A stretch of 64,000 nucleotides of DNA from the human T2T-CHM13v2.0 reference genome, Homo sapiens. Below, piece after piece: positions 39,606-53,330 of this stretch (positions within the stretch are counted from its first letter, which is position 1; the number at the start of each line of letters is the position of its first letter). The stretch lies in NCBI RefSeq assembly GCF_009914755.1, contig NC_060947.1; one strand, 5' to 3'. The position numbers and the translations under genes were made by a program. The notes beneath the pieces were generated by a model. The model was not told where the DNA came from and did not search any database. It saw nothing but the letters and a program-made list of their open reading frames with translations.

Positions 39606-40218
39606 TAATACGACTCTAATGACTGGAGAAACACTAGGGTCCTTTGTCTCACACCACTAAGAATAATGAAATGACGTACGTGGAGTGATTTTCAAGGAGC
39701 GGAAAGTTTAATAGGCAAGAACAAAGAAAGAAAGAAGAAAATCACTTCCCCCATACAGAGGGATAGAGGCTCTGAATGGATAAACCCCGCGTGTGGTGGA
39801 AAGCAGTCGGTTATATTGGGAGGCTGGAGGAGGCGATGTTGATTTACATAGGGCCCAGGGGATTGGTTTGAACCCGTGTGTCATTCACATAGCCCATGAA
39901 AAAATTGGCCCTCCCACCCTAGCCTTTTAATATGCAAATGTGGGTTGCCATGATGTCTTGCACACGTGGTGTTATCTGGGGGTGGCCATGACACCTGGCA
40001 CACATGGTGACAAGAGAAGAGGGCGAGAACCGCCATGTTGGGTGGAACTGGTTTCTAGCCGCTGGCATTTGCATATCAATGCTTGCTGTTCTGGTTTTTC
40101 AAGCCACTTTCTGTTAGAAAGGAAATGGTTCAAGGCTTGCTTTTTATTAAAGGAAAATTCCACCAAGAACCACCCTTCCTAGCTACATAAAAGTTATTTC
40201 TTAATAACTCCTTTATTA
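39606..40218 (-). mobile_element. 5' LTR of the provirus
   Basis: About 613 bp, homologous to the 3' LTR, adjacent to the PBS. Confidence 0.9.
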
Positions 40219-40685
40219 TTATTATGAAGGAGACATATTTATTTAGTAGTAAGATATTAGGAGAGGGGAATCATTCTATAGTCCTATGATTTTGTGTCAG
40301 TTTTTTAGTGACCCTGTGTCCCTGGGCTGTGACCTTCCAAATTGGTTCTAAGTTTTGTTTTGTCATTTAGGTGAGACAGCATGATGAAAGGGGGCTGAAA
40401 ATGGGTATTTATCTTCCCCTACAGAGAATACTAGAGAGTGGCTGGAGTGTATATTTCTTCTTTCAGGTCAGTTAGGCTCTGGTAAAACTGCAGTTAGTCA
40501 ACCTCTTGTAAATAGTTTCTCTTGATAGCCAGCATTTCTAAGAAGAACAGAATGCTCTGATTATATTTTTAAATGATTAATTTTTTTTCTGTCTACCAGA
40601 AGCATGAGGAGAATTTTCTAGGCTCTTCATTGTGAGAACTTGGTACAGCTCCTGGAGGTAAACTCACAAAACTGTAGATATTGCA

Positions 40686-41068
<383 letters not shown>

Positions 41069-41409
41069 TTAACATTCAGGTTGTTCTATTTGGTACTGGT
41101 TCCTATGGAGTTTTCTGCTCCGGGGCTGCTTCTTTGGTAGCTGTGATTCTCTATATCAGCATGTCTGTTTCTTCCATTTGGGGAGCAATGGTTTCTACTA
41201 TGATATCAATACTCTGATGAATTGAAGAAAATTTGTTGATTTCTAGTTAGTTCCACTTATTTTTGTTTTTATTTGTAAGGATGGGAGTGATTACTTCTAA
41301 GCTTTTTGCATGCCAGACCTGAAAGTGCTATTTAATTTTTATATTATGTATCTGCATATTTTTGTCATTGCCTTCTACCTATGTTTCAAATATGTTTTTA
41401 CTGAGTATC

Positions 41410-44290
41410 TTTTATAGTTGAAATTTTATCCAGTAATAGTAATTTCACACATAATCACATACAACTTAAGAAAAAATACACAGTATGCCATGTACATATT
41501 TACCCATCAATGGTGATATTCTGCAAAATAATAATGCAATATCACAATATCACAACATCACAATATCAAAGAACCAGCTTTTTGTTTCATTTATTCTCTA
41601 TTGTTTTCCTGCTTCCAATTTCGTTGGTTTCTGGTAAGATTTTTATTACACTTATATATGCCTGCTGTAGATTTACTTTACTCTTTATTTCTAGAATTTT
41701 GAGACAGTAACTTAGATTATTGATCTGAGACGTATCTAGTTTTCTAATGTAAACAGTTTTGTAGTGTTTTTATGGTGATTGCTCTAGGTATTATAGTACA
41801 CCTATGTGACTTATCACAACCTACGGGGAGCAACATTTTAACACTGAGCAAAGCAGAAGAATCTTACTTCCATTAAGGTCTATTCACTTTCCCCATTTAA
41901 AATATCATAGTCTTGAGTATCAAATGGTCTTTTTTCAATTATCAAATATAATTTATAAAATTCATAACAAAATGAATACTTTTTTTGGTACCCCTATTTC
42001 TGCTATTTCTTTTGTGTTTCTTGTTCTGGTCTTCTGCTTGAAGATTGCTTCTTTTATTATTTCCTTCCCGTTAGAAGAAATTTTTGTGAATGTTATTTAA
42101 AGATAAGTATGTTAGCAACAAATTATTTTTATTTCATTTGACAATGTCTTTATTTCCACTTCATGCTTGGAGGATAATTTGCCAAATATGACATTTGTGA
42201 TTGATAGTGAATTTCTTTCAGCCCTTTAAATTGTTGTGCCTTTTCCTTTTGCCCTCAATTATCCAGTGTCATTTGACTTAGTGTTCCCCTGTAGTTTCCA
42301 TGTCATTTCCTTCTGTCTGCGTCCAAGGTATTTTCTTGGCTTTTAGTTTTGAGTAATTTAATTAAAATGTGTCTTGGCATAAAGTTCTTTGGGTTTATTT
42401 ATACTATTTCAGATTCACTCAAATTCTTAATTAGGTACATTTATGTCTTTCATCAAACTTGGGTAGTTTTCAAGCATCATTTTTTGAATTATCTTTGAGC
42501 TCCACTCTCTTACTCCTGTCTTTTGTGGACTTTGATTATATGAACACTACATCATCTGGTATTGTCCCATGTGAATTTGGGGCTCTGTTAATATTTTAAA
42601 TCTATTTCCACTATTGTGCAGATTGACTTAATTTTATTGATCTGTCTACAAGTTGACAGATCCTACCATCTATCTTCTCCAGTTTACCAGTTATCTTCAG
42701 TTTTATTTTATTCTATCTGTCAAATAATTGTATATATTTATGGGGTACAATGTGGTGAAAAAACAACTAACATAATGAATAAAAAACCTCACAGATTTGG
42801 AGAAAACATTAGGAAATCATACATCAGGTAAGGAGCTAATATCCAAAATATATAGAGACTCAAACTACTCAATAACAAGAAAAAAAGCTGTATTTAAAAA
42901 TGAGCAAAAGACCTAAATAGACATTTCTCAAAAGAAGACATACAAATGGCCAAAAGATGTATGAAAAATTGCTCAACATCAGTAATTATCAGGGAAATGT
43001 AAATTAAAATTGTTATGGAATATTACCTCACACGTGTCAGATTTGTTACGACCATAAAAAATTCACCAAGTTTTTTTTTCTTTAACTTACTGCAATATAC
43101 CTCTATAATTTTAATTTGGTTATTTTTTATATTCATATAAAAAGTATTTATATTTATAGGTGCTTATTAAGGCACTTTTAAGATAGCTGCTTTACAATTC
43201 TTGTCAGATATTTCTCAAATCTAATTTATCTCAGTGTTGGCATCAGTTTCATTTATTTTCTTGCTTCTTGATTTAATGTTTGATCCTTTTGTTGTGTCCT
43301 GGACATTTTGTCTATTATGTTGGGAGACTATGTCCTATTTAAATCTTTTATTTTAGCAAGAATTCACTCTGTCTAAATTTCATATGCATGTTCCATATTA
43401 CTTTTGTCAGCAGTGATTTAATCGATGATTTGATTTTCAGAGTCATTGTGGTGTTATTTGAGGCTAGATGGCTTATATGGTGCTACTATGGCTGCTACTG
43501 GTTATTGCTGGTACTGACTAAGGGTACAGAAGGGATTTCCCTAGGCTGAGTTACTGGATGTCTCTCCAGGAGTCAGGGAGTCACAGGCAAACATGTAATG
43601 TAAAGAAGCTTTCCTTGCCAGGTACTTGTTGTGACAGAGCCTCTTCTGAATGTGAGAAATGGAAATTGCTTTTTGACCAGGGTATTTGTTGTGCAGGGAT
43701 TCCTATGGGCAGAAAAGGGAACTCTCAGAGACGCTGGGATAAACAGGCCTAGAGGCAACCCTGGATGAACCATTATTGTGGCTGGGTTACTGGTGGTCCC
43801 TGGCCATTCAGTGCTTCCCATTGAGTGAAGGCAAAAGAGTATGAGGACTGTGGGTACAAAGAGGCTTCCTGAAACAGGTAGCACATTGTGGTCAGATATC
43901 TCTTGCCAGTTCTGCCTGCTCATTTCAGTATCTCTCATGGGTGAGGGGAGTGTCAGGATCAACAGTGAAAGAGAACACTTTCGCTGGCCTCCTCTTGTTA
44001 CCAGGGCTCAAAATAATTCCTCTTGTCAGGCTTTCCTGACATCATAGGTCTCTCTTTTATTCTAGGAGAGGAATAAGACTACCTGTGATGGCAACTGCTG
44101 CTGTGTTGGAAATCAGGAAATGCTGGGCTTGGGATGCTTCTTTCTGTTAAGTGGGAGGATATAAGGAACCCTGCAGTTTTCCACCTTCTTGCTATTATTC
44201 AGAGCTCTCCTCTTACGTGTTTCTAGATGTATCATGTGTTATTTTTACAGTTGTGCTTAGATGGAGGATTGGAGAGAAGCATATCTCTGC
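41410..44290 (-). mobile_element. Composite old antisense L1 pieces (3'UTR fragment, ORF2/ORF1 pieces, 5'UTR-like region)
   Basis: caaagaaccagctttttgtttcatt (ORF2), T-rich ORF1-like text, and a GC-richer 5'UTR-like stretch at 43450-44280. Confidence 0.6.
42695..43060. mobile_element. Short L1MA-like insertion with 5' inversion
   Basis: An antisense 3' terminus (caaataattgtatatatttatggggtacaatgtg) is fused at ~42757 to sense ORF2 C-terminal sequence (agacatttctcaaaagaagacatacaaatggcc). Confidence 0.7.
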
Positions 44291-44786
44291 CAAATTATTT
44301 TATTTTAGAACAGTTTAACATTTACAGAATAATTATGAATACAGTATAGAAAGTTCCTATATACCTCACACCCAATTTCTTCTATTATTAACATAATATG
44401 TAGTATTGTACATTTGTCAATACTGATAAATTATTAATGAGTCAATACTGATAAATTATTATTAATTAGACTCTATATTTTATTTGTATTTCCTCACTCA
44501 TGCATTTTCTCATTTGCCCTTTCTGGTTCCAAGATCCTATCTAGGATGCTACATTACATTTAGTAGTTATGCATGTCTCCTTAGATTCCTTTGGTTGTGG
44601 CAATGTTTCAGACTTATCTTTTTTTTTTGTTATGGCTTTCATCATTGTGAGGATAGGCAGGTACTGCGTAGCATGTTCCTCAGTTGAAAATTGTCTGATG
44701 TTTTCCTTGTGATCTTACTGAAGTAATACCTTTTTGCTACCATGGTGTTAAAGCACTATTCTTATCACATCACATTTACATACTAT

Positions 44787-45593
44787 TGATACGAGAGGAG
44801 GGCAGAGAAGTGCTGGGCAAAGAAGTGTACGGTCCCTTGCAAGGGCTCCACCCTCAGGCCTGTGCCTACGAACCTAAGTGTGAACAGGCACTCCTGTTTT
44901 TGCACCCAAATGCTGCATTTTCCAAGACCACTCTGGTCGGCACACTCCCCATCCTGTGCCCATAAAAAACCGAGACCTTTGCAGGCAAATACAAGCAGCT
45001 GGACATCTATCTAGAGGAGCAGAGGAACACACAAGCAGACACCAGCAGACCAGTGACGGTGGGACAACACAGACACGGAGGGACTTTCGGCTCGGGGCAG
45101 TCAGAGAACAGTCTGGCCTCTGGGCAGCCCAGCTCCAGGAGAAGACCGCCTTCTCACAACATCCCCCTTCCAGCTTATCATCCACCTCACTGAGAGCCAC
45201 CTCCACACTCAATAAAACAATAAAACCTTGCACTCATCCTCCAAGCCCATCTGTGTTTCTATTTTTCTGGTACACAAGCAAGAGCTCAGAATACACAAAG
45301 CCCTCTGCCCTTGCAATAAGGCAGAGGGTCTAATTGAGCTGACTCACACAAGCCGTCTGAAAATGGCAAAGCTGAAAGAGCACACTGTAACACACACCCA
45401 CTTCGGCTTCGGGAGTCATAAACACTCATCCTAGACACTGCCGTGGGGTCGGAACCCAAAAGCGCTCCCCAAGACCTCTACACCCACCCGTCTGCATGCT
45501 CCCCCTAGGGGTTTGAGCAGCAGGGCACTGAAGAAGTGAGCCACATCTCTGTTGCGTGCCCAGGGAAGGGGATAAGGGAACTCTCCCATATCA
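44787..45593 (+). mobile_element. Solo LTR1-family LTR (HUERS-P2 group)
   Basis: Starts TGATACGAGAGGAGGGCAGAGAAGTGCTGGG and ends GGGAACTCTCCCATATCA. Tandem AATAAA at 45211-45224. TSD CTAT/TTAT. Confidence 0.85.
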
Positions 45594-46376
45594 TTATCAG
45601 TATGACTTCTCATATTTAATATTAACCTGAATCTCCTGGATTGTGTTAGTGTTTTTCAGGTCTCTCCACTGCAAAGTTACTTTTTTTTCTCTTACTCTCT
45701 ATCTTCATACTGTACTCTTTAGAAGAAAGTTGCTATGCATGAAATATCTACCTAAATTATTGGAAATTCTACTTGGAATATATGTGTGTTCTTCCCAAAA
45801 TATTTATTTATTTAATCACTGGTTTACATAACTATGGACTGATGAATACCTATTTCATACTTTCAGTTATAACCAAATATAACTTTATTTATTTTGTTGC
45901 TTAAATTGTTCCAGCTTTAGCCATTTAGAGCTTTTTCAGTTGTTTCCTGTTTCCTTTAGACATACCCTCCATGAGTTGTGTTTGTGTGTACGTGTGTATT
46001 TGTGTAAGGTATAAGGTTGGCGTGCATGTTTTTGTTTTTCTTTCATATGGGTGTACAATTCTTCCAGCCTCCATTGTTTAAAAAACTATCCTTACTCCAT
46101 TGAATTGCCTTTGGTTTTTATCAAAGATCAATTGACTATGTTTTTGTGGGTCTGTATATGGGATGCCTATACTTTTTTATTGATCTATTTTCCTATTCTT
46201 TTGTCAATACAGTGTAGCCTTAGAGTAGGTCTTGAAATTAAGTGGCGTAAGTCTTCCAACTTAGTTCTTCTTCAGTATTGTGTTGGATATTCTAGATTGT
46301 TTCCATTTTTATACAAACTTTGCAATTACTATATCAATATTTACACACCAGTTTGCTGTAATTTTGATTAGGATTT

Positions 46377-46759
46377 TGATGTGGTTTGGCTCTGTGTTAC
46401 CACTCAAATCTCATGTTGAATTGTAATCCCCATGTGTCAGGGGAGGAACCTGATGGGAGGTGATTGCATCATGGGGGCAGATTTCTTTTATGCTCTTCTT
46501 GCGACAATGAGTGAGTTCTCAAGAGAACTGATGGTTTAAAAGTGTGATACTTCCCCCCTTGCTCTCTCTCTGTCTGCTGCTCCACCATGGTAAGACATGC
46601 TTGCTACCCCTTTGTCTTCTGCCATGATTGTAAGTTTCCTGAGGCCTCCCAGTCATACTTCCTGTTAAGCCGGTAGAACTGTGAGTCAATTAAACCTCTT
46701 TTCTTCATAAATTACCCAGTCTTGGGTAGTTTATAGCAGTGTGAGAACAGTGGAATACA
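46377..46759 (+). mobile_element. THE1D-like MaLR solo LTR
   Basis: TGATGTGGTTTGGCTCTGTG...gccatgattgtaagtttcctgaggcctccc...AATACA. 5-bp TSD GATTT/GATTG. Confidence 0.9.
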
Positions 46760-47527
46760 GATTGTGTAGGTCAAGTTGGAATTAATTTATATTTTAACAA
46801 TAAGGCATCTTCCAAATTAGGAAAATGGAATTTCTATCTATTTAGTTATTTTATTTTTTTATCCGTGTTTTTTTAGTTTTCTGTATATAGGCTCTGTACA
46901 TATTTTGTTTGATTTATACTTAAGTATTTCTTATTCAGGATGCCATTATAAGTGGTATTATTTTATTTAAATTGAAAATTTGAATTGTTCATGGCTGGAA
47001 TATATAAAAGCAATTGACTTTCATATATTAATCTTGTATCTTGAGACATTGCTATACTTACTTCAAGGAGTTCTTTGGTTGATTATTTAAAAATGGCATC
47101 TGCAAATACAGATAGTTTTATATCTCTCTTTCCAATTGTAATATGTTTTATTTCCTTTTTTGTCTTATTGCACTAATTATAAATTCTGGTACATTATGAA
47201 TAGGAGTGGAAAGAGAGGATATTCTTACCTTGTTCCAGATTTTAGAGGATACATGTCCAGTTTCTTACTATTAAGTATGATGTCAGCTACAGATTTTTTA
47301 GATGTTCTTTATCAAATTGATGACATTCCCTTTTATTTCCAGTTTACTGAGGTTTTTGTCATAGATATGTATTGGATTTTGTCAAATGATTTTTCCGCAT
47401 CATTTGATATAATTATATATTTTTTCTTTTTTAATCTATGAATGTGGTGGATTATATTAATTGATGCTTGCATGTTGAAAACAGTCAGTATATGAGATTC
47501 ATAAGTGAATTTTTGGGTCATGTATTG

Positions 47528-47946
47528 GTATGAGCTGAATTATGCCGCCCCCCCACCCCAATTAATATGTTGGTACTCTAATCCCCAAAACCTCAAAATA
47601 AGACTTTACTTAGTGATAGAGCCTTTAAATTGGTAAATAAGTTAAAATCATTTTTATTACAGTGAGACCTAATTTAATATAATGGATGTCCTCTTAAAAA
47701 GACAAGAACAGAACACAGAAAGATACACCAGACACATACATACATAAGAACATAATCATATGAACCCACAGCAAGAAGGCAGCCATATTCAAGCCACGGA
47801 GAGAGGCCTCAGAAGGAATCAAACTTGCTAACACCTTGATCTCAGACTTCTGGACTTCATAACTGTTAGAAAATTAATTTGTTATTTAAACCATAGTCTT
47901 ACCCAATCTGTGGTGTTTTGTTATGAGAGTCCCAACAAATTAATAG
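47528..47946 (+). mobile_element. MLT1A/B-like MaLR LTR
   Basis: agagaggcctcagaaggaatcaaacttgctaacaccttgatctcagacttc...tgtggtgttttgttatg. Confidence 0.82.
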
Positions 47947-48255
47947 TGTTATGTATTCTGGTGGTTGTTCTTTGGCTTCCTGATTCAGTAGTTATGTGTT
48001 TGTTATTAAATTAGAAAAGTTCTCCAGTCATTTTTATTTCAAATACTTCTTCTGATCTTTTCTCTTTCAAATATTCCAATTACATTTTGTAATTTTACCA
48101 TGATTCTTGGATGTTCTTTTTTGGTTTGGCTTGATTTTACTTTGCTTTTATTTATTTTACTTTTTTTCCATTTTAGTTTGATAACTAAAGTTTATCTTTA
48201 CCTGTCATCAAACTCACTGGTTCTTTACTCACTCATGTCAAGTCTACTGAGTAAT

Positions 48256-48960
48256 ATGGGGTCACAGGCTCTGCTTCCTGCACTCAGTTACAGTACTACC
48301 CAGCTGCCTGAGTTCTAGCTATAGTAGGCCCCAGTACAGCAATGTCCTATGCCCAGGAAAGCTGTAAGAGCACAGAAGCCTCTACCTAGATATGAAAGAA
48401 TGTCCCGGAGAGCTGAGCTGCAGGGAACCAGGCAGAAAAGCATAACGTGGAGTGGGATCACCAGCAGAGATCCTTCACTGGAAAATGACCATCTGAGACT
48501 TGTAGCAGGACCTCCCCTCACAAACCACAGACTTTTAGGGTCATAGCTGTATGATCTGTGGTGTGGGCTTTTCCAAAAAAAGCTATGGGGATGAGGCTGC
48601 TTAAAGCCTTGGGGGCCTAACTTTTCTAGGGAAAAGATGCAGGGGCATCACCTTTTCCTGAATGTGTCCTGAAGGCAGGGCCTTCTCCTGAGTGACATTG
48701 AGACAAAGAAAATTACTCTGGAAACTTTAGAGGTAATAGTGTTTGCCTTGTTGGGTTTTAGACTTGCTTGGGACCTGTCACGCTTTTTTACTTATTTGTT
48801 CCTATTGGAATAGAAATGTCTGTCTTGTGCCTGTCCCATCATTGTATTTTGGACGCAGATAATATGTTTAATTTTACAGACTCACAGTTGGAAGGAAATA
48901 TCTGATTTAGATACTACTTAGATAAGATGTTGGACTTTAGACTTTTGAGTTTATGCCTGA
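48256..48960 (+). mobile_element. MaLR internal (MLT-int) fragment
   Basis: gggttttagacttgcttgggacctgtca...tgcctgtcccatcattgtattttgga...ttggactttagacttttgagtt, typical of the MaLR internal 3' region. Confidence 0.7.
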
Positions 48961-51620
48961 CAAAATACTAGGCAAAAATCAATAAAGATAAAGATGACCT
49001 CAATAGCACTTTCAACTACCCTGACCTATTTCAGATTTATAGGACACTTTCTAATAATAGCAGAATATATATTTTTCTCAAAGCAACGATCACCAAGCAG
49101 TACACATTCAGTACCATTAAAACAATTTAGCTAATTTTAAATAATATAAATAATACACAGCATGCCCTAGACAACAACAGAATTAAACTAAAAGTCAATA
49201 TTATAAATATAATTGGAAAATCCAAAAATATTTCTGAATAATTTAGAACACTTCTAAATAGTATATGAGTCAATAAGGAAGTCCCAAAAACAATACAAAA
49301 AGATTTTGAACTGAAATGAAGTGAAAATACAACATAGCATTTTTTTGATGCCCCTAAAGCAGTGTTTAGAGGGATATTTCTAGGAATACATGTTTATGGT
49401 AGAAATTAAGAACTAAATGAAACTAGTAACAAGCTTTCATCTTTAAAATAAATAACAAATTAAAACAAAAGCAGAATCAAATAAATAATAATTTTAAAGG
49501 TATAAAATAGAAATCAATGAAATTAAAACAAAAAACGCAGGTGTCATATATCAAACAAACAAAAAACCTGGCTGTCTGTAAATATCATTAAAATTAGCCA
49601 AATCCAAACTATACTAAGAAATAATTGACAACATTAACATTACCAATATTAGAAAATAACGAGAAAACATGGTGCTTGGCCTCACCAACACTGAAAAAAT
49701 CCAACTTTCAAATAACTTTATGCCCATACATTTGACAACATAGGGGACATAGAGTAGTTCCAAGATATACACTACCTATCAAAACTCGTTTTAAGAATAG
49801 AAACTCTAAATAACCCCATATCTTTTAAATAATTAGAGCTTGTATGTAACACCTTGAAACAAAGAAGAAAGAAAACAGTAATCTCCAGATCCTGAAGGTT
49901 TCACTAGTTGATATTGCCAAATACTTAAGGAAGCATTAAATACCACATGTCTTTTTCAGAAACTAGCAGAGTAAGAAATATTTTCCAACTCATTATGAGC
50001 CCAGCATTACACTGATAATTAAACCACAAACAAATACAATATTATGATAAAGAAGACTATAGACAAATATACTCATGAACATAGGAGAATCTCAACAAAA
50101 TACTAGCAAATTGAATGCAGCAATATATAAAATGTCTAATACATAATTACACAGTAGGATCCAGCCAAATGATAATACTTTCTGTATTTTAAAAATCAGC
50201 CTCTATTAATAGTCTAAAGAAGAAAAAAGTTGTATGGCCACATCAATAAATGCAGGGAAAGCAGTACACAAAATTGAATATCCAACCATGATCTAAATTC
50301 TCAATAGTTTAAGGAAGAAGGGAACTTAAACCTAAAAAAGATTACCTGCAGAAAGCCAATAGTTAGCTATTGTTATCTAGTAGCCAATATCTGGTTATTG
50401 TTTGTTGATGGTTAGCCAATAGTTAGCTATATATCACAATTACTGGTGCGAGACTGAATGCTTTTCCCTTAAAATTGAAAGCAACTCAATTGTAGATCTC
50501 AAGTCTAAATACCCCTATTTAGAATAATATTTTAAGTTATAGCTAGTGCAACAAGAAAAGGACATAAAAGACATACTGTTCAGAAAAGAAGGAAAACAAA
50601 AACTCTCTATTCACCAACAGCATAATTGCTATAGAGAGTCATTTTTTATAAACTACAAAAACCACTCTTAGAACTAAGAAGTCATTGTGGAAAATTTGCA
50701 GGATACAAGGTCAGTATACAAAAGTCAGTCATATTGCTATATAATGACAGCAAACAATTGGAATTGGAATTTTAAATATCTTAAAAATGTTGGAACTCCA
50801 TTTTATTTCACATGCAAAAATTAACTCACAATGGATCAAATCCTCAAATGTAAGAGCTAAACAATAAAACCCTTAGATCAAATACATGTAAAATTTGATG
50901 ACATTGGGTTAGGCAATGACACCAAAAGCACATAAACAATAACAAAAAAGATGAACTTCATAAAATTAAAAGATTTATACTGCAAAAGATACTGTCAGGA
51001 AATAAAAAGACAACCCAGAGGATAGAAAAAATATTTAAAGTTATATTTCTCATAAAGGACATATGTTTAAAATGCATAAACACCTCCAATTCAATAATAA
51101 AAAGCAGGTAGCACAGTTAAAAATAGTTAAAGAATCTGATTGCACATTTCATCAAATAGGATTCAAAAATGGCCAATAAGCACATGAAAAGATGTTTCAC
51201 ATTATTGACCACCATACAAATGCAAATCAAAACCACAATGAGATAGCACTTCATGCCCACTAGGATGATTACAATAAAAAAGATAGTTAATAAAAGTGTT
51301 AGTGTGGATGTGGAAAAACTGAAACCATCATATATTTCTGGTGAAAAACTGCTTGGCAAATTCTCAGAGAGTTAAGCATGGCATTTGCATATGACCCAGC
51401 AATCGTACTCCCAGACAAATACCAAAGTGAAATGAAAATATATGTCCATGCAAAAATTTCTATGCAAGTGTTTGTAGAAGCATTAATCATAATTGCCAAA
51501 GAGTGGGCACAACTCATTATACATCAACTGAAACATGTTTAAACAAAATGTGATATATTCATATAATGAAATATTATTCAGCCATAGGAAGAAATGAAGG
51601 TGGAAAATGAACAACAAATG
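48961..51620 (+). mobile_element. Old L1 ORF2 and start of 3'UTR (L1M), with deletions
   Basis: A-rich sense ORF2 text, e.g. ggccaataagcacatgaaaagatg...atgcaaatcaaaaccacaatgagatagcac. Confidence 0.82.
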
Positions 51621-52594
51621 TGTGCACAATATTTTGTTTCACATAATTCTTTTAGAAATATTGAAAGTATATATGACAGACTATAGCCACTTATTATAGC
51701 CCATTCATAGGAACATGCTATTTTATTCTCTGTAATTTTAGTAGATTTGGAATGCATTTTAAGCATTTTTAAAGATATTATTATCTTGTCAATTTTTTAG
51801 AAATAAACTATTAGCTTGAGGAAAACATTAGTATTTATTTATTTATTTTCTTGCCAAGGACCTTGCATTCTTTTAAAAACATATTTGTAGCTGTTAATAA
51901 AAGAAATTAATTTGAAATTTAGCTGGCCAAAAATATGCCAGTGCCTTTTGAATATTATTTAAATATATATAAATTAAGGAATTTTTACAAATACATTTTT
52001 CAAAATTTTTATTTTAACTTTCTAAACAGAACTCACTCTCAAAGCTTATGACTAAAATTCAAATGCAGTTTTAATCATTTTGATCATTATTCTGTGGCAA
52101 ATATTATAATTTATTCTGTTTTAAGAATTTATAATATTATCTTTAAATTAAATCTAGCACTGCCTTTACAAATGTTATACACAACACTTAAACTTCCTAG
52201 ATAGTGGTTCTGGCATATAACCACCTAGACAAATGTTTGGGTCCTTATTTTCTGTAAGTTACTCAGAATATAGATGCATATTTTATCCCCCTAGAATTAA
52301 TTTATCCAAATTAATCCTTTCCAAATGTATGACTCTTCTTATTTTTGGCTTCTGTAATTTCAATTAATTATTTCCAGAGTTACCTTCAAATACTAGCTGA
52401 AACTATAGCAAGTGCATATGTTCTCTGATTTGTCTTTCTGTGTTGGCTGCAATTAACCTGGTTAATGTCCAATACTAAAACTGTTTATAATCAATTTCAA
52501 GAACAAAACACAATATTTAGCATCAATTTTAAGAGCAAAATTAATAATATTAGTAAAAATACTATCACGAAAGTTTGCATATATTGCATTAATG

Positions 52595-53330
52595 CACAAA
52601 TGTGAGTGCTCACCAGGTGCCAGACATTATGCTGTATATGCTGATGCTCATCTAATTTAAATTACAGTTATAATTATCCTGTTGTATCGATGTTGTTTTT
52701 TCTCACTTTAAAGTTGAGGAAGTGAGGTCTTATTTTAAGCCTTACTTAGAACGGATTGACTTAGGAATTTTTGAGTTTACAATGGTGGGAAAGCAATACA
52801 CATTCAATAGAAACTATACTTTGAATTTTGATCTTTTCCCAGTCTAGCAATATGCAGCATCATACTCTATTGTGATACTGGGCAGGGGCTGAGAGCCACA
52901 GTTCCCAGATAGCCATGTGATCATCAGGTTAAATAACCGCTACAGTATACTGTGTTGCCAGTGGTTTTGGGATATTGTGTTTTGTGTTTTTGCATCCCAT
53001 CATATGTACAAAATGTCCATCTGTGTCTCATGCTTTTCCTGGTGAGAAGAAGAAGAAGGCAATTACTCTTGAGGTGAAACAATGTAATTGCTCAGCACAA
53101 AGTGGGCAAGCCAGTAGTGGCCATTGCACATGAGTTAGGACTTCCACAATCCACAATCCTGATTATCTTATCTTGTAAGTCAATGCATTTTGACTTAAAA
53201 TATTTTAATTTAGGATGGGTTTATTGGAATGTAACCCCATCATAATTCGAAAAACCTCTGTAATTGAAAACATTACAGTTTAATCTTAGATATGTCTAAT
53301 TTAGAGCTAGATCGCTTTACCACAAGAATG
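52595..53330 (-). mobile_element. MIR split by a Tigger element
   Basis: ctcactttaaagttgaggaagtgaggtc precedes the Tigger and MIR-like sequence resumes after 53262. Confidence 0.55.
52730..53260 (+). mobile_element. Tigger5/MER47-like DNA transposon deletion derivative
   Basis: 3' terminus ggatgggtttattggaatgtaaccccatcataattcgaaaaacctctg followed by TA. An internal remnant reads like a transposase HTH N-terminus (EKKKKAITLEVK ... VAIAHELGLPQSTI). Confidence 0.8.

Larger units (their letters stand above)
33497..40218 (-). mobile_element. Two-LTR class I (gamma-like) provirus, HUERS-P3/LTR9-MER61-LTR25 group, internally deleted
   Basis: Homologous LTRs at 39606-40218 (5') and 33497-34716 (3', with a nested insert). 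TSD TTAT at 33493-33496 and 40219-40222. PBS at 39585-39602 and PPT at 34717-34728. gag, pro, RNase H and IN remnants lie in the expected order. Exact family uncertain. Confidence 0.9.
44291..48255 (-). mobile_element. L1MC-like element (3'UTR to ORF2/ORF1 pieces), host to LTR1, THE1D and MLT1 LTRs
   Basis: 3' end ttttattttagaacagtttaacatttacagaa. ORF 47333-47521 contains [14 protein letters not shown]. Confidence 0.75.

Noticed and set aside
43573-45434. ORFs of 119-129 aa at 43573-43962, 44874-45233 and 44956-45333
   Set aside because: They lie in GC-richer L1 5'UTR-like and LTR1 sequence where stop codons are rarer, and show no protein motifs.
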